NCBI RefSeq assembly: GCF_964355755.1
Contig: NC_092677.1
Span: 22,741,175 to 22,805,174, forward strand
DNA: 64,000 bases
Source of the DNA: Antedon mediterranea
Lineage: Eukaryota; Animalia; Echinodermata
Reading direction: 5' to 3'
The notes under the pieces are model-generated. The model did no database searches and had not been told where the DNA came from. It worked only from the letters and a program-made list of their open reading frames with translations. The position numbers and the translations under genes were made by a program. The stretch's first letter is position 1. Every line of letters starts with the position of its first letter. This document shows positions 59,451 to 64,000 of this stretch, one piece after another.

Positions 59451-60427
59451 GTTATACTATAAACCAAATAAAATAGGGGCTAGTATGTTTTTGTTTTTCT
59501 CAATTATCGACATCATTTTACGGTGGTAATAAAATCTGAATCTACTACTTAGTATTAATTATGTGGCCTACAGCCTGATAGTAGATTAGGCCTATGTTTA
59601 ATTACATTCATGTTATGTATTTTGTGTGTAATAAATAATTTGCTGAATTACTGTAATTATTGTTCAAATGTACAGTTGTATTGAAAATACAGTATATTAT
59701 TAAATTATAATAGATACGTAATTTTAATTGTCTGTGCCAAATAGGCACCGGCCGATGTTTTTAACACAGGCAAGTAGGCCTACCATTTTTTTTATAAATA
59801 TTACAGAATATAAATTTAATAGGCCTAATAATTTATTTAATAAATACATTGAATACTTAAATAGTTACAGTATATTTTTTATTATCAACATTGAAAATAA
59901 TACACTTCTTCGGGTATCGCCGAGAGTTGAACTTTCAAAAACTCCAACTTGGCGGAGCACGTGGTTTTCACCACAATTCGGCACAGTTCCCTTGTGTTGT
60001 TTTCAATCACAAACTTGTGCGAGCAGATGGTTGTTTTTATCCAACCTGTGCGAGCTTCTACTGAAACAACAAGTAAACTTCCACAAGCCCGCACTCTCCA
60101 CCACACACCGTACCCATGTGCTCCTACTACGTACGGCTGCAGCTGCTGTGAGTTTTTTTGCTATACGCATGCGTATTGTTTCACGTCACGTAGAGAGAGA
60201 CGGACGGCGATATTTTTTTTCGCTCAACGAAACTGCCAGCTAGCCAGAATACTGTTTTCTGATTGGATGTTGATGTCACGTGAGTTGTTCAAATCACTCA
60301 CGCATGCAGTTCGCCTCAGTAGGTAATTCCTCCTCGCACTCTCAGAGCGGTTGCGACTCGCACTGCTCTCTAGGCTAGCAATTTACGTGTTGTAGGAATC
60401 GTACATTTCAATGGCTCGCTGCCTGAG

Positions 60428-61979
60428 CATAGTTGCCATTTCTGGCATTATTATGCTTTTTGGCATTATTTGGAGGCCCACGGCATCTGGCATAATGCCG
60501 CGGCATTATTTAGCCGTTTTTAGCATAATCTGGCATAATTTTGTGTTTTTTGAACAACCAAAAAAATAATATACCACAGAACAAAAATAAAATATTTTGT
60601 TAATACATATCACCTTACACAATATCATATCGTACAAAACAGATCTGTTCGGGTTTTCCGTACAATAGTTCTTCCATCCTTTCGTTTCGGACTTAATCGA
60701 CTCTTCGGAAAGGAAGGCTGCTCGAACTACTACCGTGTGTGCGATATAGGCAGCACAACAAATCCGAAGAGGCTACCTATTGGCCAATTATGTTGCTCTA
60801 TTTCAGAGACCATCAGGTTTTTGGATCCCCAGTATAGAGACAATTGAACGAAAACACATTATGAAAGGGGTTTTGTTTTTTCAGTTCATAATTATAAGCG
60901 GCCACACCCCTACCCCAACCTTTAAAATGGTAATTTCCGGTAACTAGAAGCTCTAATTTTAAAAAGAATTTCTTCTAGAGAATTTGTTTTCCATATTTCA
61001 AATTATGTTCCATTTGCATCGTCGTAGCAACCCTATATTTCCAAATGTTCTTCACCTCTCAGTGACCATGATGGGGCGAGGTCCTAGGGACTCTTATACA
61101 TTTTTATTTAAAATTAAGTGCAATTTCCGGCCATCTAGCAGCTCTATTTTTCCAATTTGTTTTACCTCAGCCCCAACCATGGTGTGGGGCTGAGGTCCTG
61201 GAAACACTTAATATATATTTTTATTTCCTATTTTAAATTATAATTGGCACTTTCAAAACTATCATGGGCTAAGATCCGGGAGGTACTAATAAATTTATTT
61301 TATATTTGAAATTAAGTGCCATTTCCGGCCATTGAGCAGCTCTATTTTTTCAAATTTTCTTACCTCAGCCCCAACCATGAGGTCCTGGAGACACAATTAA
61401 TATATATTTTGATTTCCTATTTTAAATTATAATTGCCATTTTCGAACTATGGTGTGCTAAGATCATGGAGACACTAATAAATATATTTTTATTTCATATT
61501 TTAAATTAGGTGCCATTTCCGGCCATCGAGTAGCTGTATTTTTCCAAATTTTCTTATCAACCATGGTGGGGCTGAGGTCCTGGAGACACTCAAAAATAAT
61601 TTTTTTTATTTCATTTTAAATTATAATTTCCATTTTCTAATTATGGTGGCTATAAGATCCTTTCATTTTTGAAATTAGGTGCAAAGATCCCGGCCATCGA
61701 GCAGCTCTCATATTTCAGCTCAAAAATTATAAATTTCCATGGCTGTAACAGGTTTTTTTTTTTTTTTAGGGTGTGTGGGGGGGGGGGTCGGTGGGGGTTG
61801 GTGTTACAATTTTAGGCCCAATTTTGTGTCAGTTGGGGTTTTACAAACGTTTATTAGACATACAACCGTTGGTGGCGCTGTTTAGGGCCACATTTTGGGG
61901 ATCTGGCATTATTTTTCCCAATCTGGCATTATTTGAGACAGGATACGGCATAATTTAAATTTTATCGCTGGCAACGCTG
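60428..61979. mobile_element. Non-autonomous hAT element with 8-bp TSD nested in the hAT5-like element
   Basis: TGCCTGAG|CATAGTTGCCA...TGGCAACGCTG|TGCCTGAG, with GGCATTAT/GGCATAAT subterminal repeats and internal ~190-bp tandem units at ~61050-61720. Confidence 0.85.
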
Positions 61980-63511
61980 TGCCTGAGAGCGCGCTGCCTG
62001 AGACAACTACTAGCTCCTTGCACAACAGATAGAGGAGGCTTACAATTTCCCGCATAAGAGCGGCTAAACCCAAAAAGCGGAGAACTTGTGAAGGGTTTCT
62101 TGGAAGAAGTATTTTTACTTTCTCTCGCCATGGATGGAGTAATATATTAATTAATTTTATTTCCATGGAGGAATTGGCCTCTCTCAATGTTTATTTACGT
62201 TTCGCGTACGTTTCATGCATTCATTTCAATTTCACGTGGGAAAAATCTTTTTAGGGCCTTCATGACGGCAACATCGGGTTGGCACGGTCGAAATACACTT
62301 TTGTCATCGTCATTCTTTTATATACTGTCAAAAAAAACTACTAAATTAAAGCACTCAGGCCTAATAAAAATAACATTAAATCATTTCGGAGTAAATTGAA
62401 AGAGCCTAAGAAAACCAAAGTTTCTGAAATCTACTTTTAGGCCTAGGAGGCCTACATTTCTATAGGCAATATTTTAGATATATCTATTAAATAATTGTAA
62501 GATAATTAGTGCCATGTCTAGGCTACTACATTTTAAATATCGCAAAATAGCTTGATTTCGGAATTTCATTGCACAATAGAAGCAAAACGTTTTTGCTCCC
62601 AAAGTAAACCCACGTGAATACGCCTTTTTCATTCACGAAACGGAACACATCTTCGATCGATGACAAACAATGCCGTGCAACGAAGCGTAACCAACAGAAA
62701 TAACATAGCGTTTTCAAGGGATTTCAGGACACCATGTTAATTAAACAATCGCAACTCTTGTACGGAGGATCGTATGAGAAAATAAATTACTGTAAAATGT
62801 TCTTAAAAGATTGGCCTACATCACTGTGTAATTGAAAAAATTTGAAAAATGTTTTTCACTACTTTAAAATCCATCGAAAAAAACACCACAGTGTATTAAG
62901 CATAGGCGTTTTTCACCGACGTTTTTTCGCAGTGCAGTCGCGGTATAAAACGTTAAAATTAAGTTAAAATAGTGGGCAAGTAAAAAAATGATGAGGGCAA
63001 CCAAAATCTAAAACCTACTTGCCCGAAGGGCAACCAAATATTTTAGGATTCTGCGAGCCCTGGTTATCATTTTTGCATTATTACAAATAACCAAATTGGC
63101 ACCATTTTCTCTTGCAGTATGTTTTATAATATCTGTAACTGATTGTTTGCAATTTGTCCTATTTCTTATGCCAAGACATGACAGTTTATTTCCTCGCTGC
63201 TCGATTGTAATCTAGTCGGAAATTGCCAAAATAACTTGGTACCTGATATTCACATTCGCAGGAAATGACATTTTGCTTCATTACGTCTATTTTTAGACAG
63301 GATAACATTTTTATTTTCTGGGAAGTCTGGTTTTCTGAATGCTCAACTTTGTACCAATTTGTGTCAATGACTTTTTGGTAACTGTTTATTTTGTCTTTTT
63401 ATAAAGTGAAAACATTTTTTACAATTTGTTTTCCTATGGAAGTGATTAACTTATTAAACTTAACCTAATTAAAACTACAAAATAGTCTACAGTATTCAAA
63501 TTCTATTTTTA

Positions 63512-63777
63512 CCATATATCCTCTGGTATAATCCCACCCGTCTACAACACAAAATTGGGCCGACTTTACAGTAGGCGGTGGGACTACAGTGCCTGAGAAA
63601 TCCTGGTTCAGAAAAAAATAAAATTGGTAAGTATTGTAAAACTCCATCTGAACTGGCTAGAGAGAGGCCTACATCCAGACCAAAGTCATTACTGGGACTA
63701 TAGCCTGTTTGTGAAATTAGACATAAAGTAGGGGTGGGATTTAATCCCAAAGTGGGATTATTCCCGACGATATACGG
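63512..63777. mobile_element. pogo/Tigger-like MITE with TA TSD
   Basis: TA|CCATATATCCTCTGGTATAATCCCAC...GTGGGATTATTCCCGACGATATACGG|TA. Confidence 0.65.
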
Positions 63778-63909
63778 TAATCTTCATGTTTTGGGGAAGC
63801 AATGCATATTTAATTAGAATGTGATTTACCCCTTTCACATTGAACTAGCAAACCTAGTTTTCACTGTTAAATTTGGATTTGTGGTTGGTATAAGTGTGAG
63901 TGAATTCCT

Positions 63910-64000
63910 GTGTGCAAACTCTGGGGTGAAACAGTTGAATGCTCTCTAGTGTGTGCAAACTCTGGGGTGAAACAGTTGAATGCTCTCTAGTGTGTGCAAA
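63910..64000. repeat. 41-bp tandem repeat running off the window end
   Basis: GTGTGCAAACTCTGGGGTGAAACAGTTGAATGCTCTCTAGT, two full identical copies plus a partial. Confidence 0.85.

Larger units (their letters stand above)
59001..63062. mobile_element. Non-autonomous hAT-like element with 5-bp TSD (hAT5-like), 4.06 kb including a nested insertion
   Basis: GTTAT|CAGGGCTCGCAGAATC...GATTCTGCGAGCCCTG|GTTAT, with GGGCAA/TTGCCC subterminal repeats at both ends. Confidence 0.85.

Noticed and set aside
59728-60326. 171-aa and 125-aa ORFs as a hAT transposase
   Set aside because: No BED finger, DDE/RNase H or hATC motifs; composition resembles non-coding DNA.

Overview
AT-rich eukaryotic (animal) genomic DNA with spliceosomal introns, probably an invertebrate deuterostome such as an echinoderm (inferred from repeat style, not proven). 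Four protein-coding genes can be reconstructed by eye: a single-coding-exon Gal/GlcNAc-6-O carbohydrate sulfotransferase (-), ZC3H18 (-, 14 coding exons, ~1106 aa), the Rieske Fe-S protein UQCRFS1 (+, 3 exons, head-to-head with ZC3H18) and MRPS34 (-, 3 exons, tail-to-tail with UQCRFS1). The introns and the gene-free region from 40 to 64 kb are packed with non-autonomous DNA transposons. Their target-site duplications (TSDs) are readable at 2, 3, 4, 5, 6, 7, 8 and 9 bp (pogo-, Harbinger-, Academ-, Kolobok-, hAT5/hAT6/hAT-, P- and MULE-like). There are also large foldback elements, LINE fragments, tRNA-derived units and minisatellites. The most notable observations are: (i) tiny 16-43 bp terminal-inverted-repeat (TIR)-only palindromes with 7-bp TSDs that look like P-element excision footprints; (ii) a Penelope-type minimal hammerhead ribozyme beside a Pol III tRNA-like cassette, both bounded by (TA)n and nested inside LINEs; (iii) a palindromic Academ derivative carrying two inverted copies of the XPG/Cys-rich gene end; (iv) a 3.5-kb foldback containing three tRNA-like units. 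No CRISPR array, rRNA or clearly functional tRNA is supported. All coordinates were read manually and may be off by a few bases.
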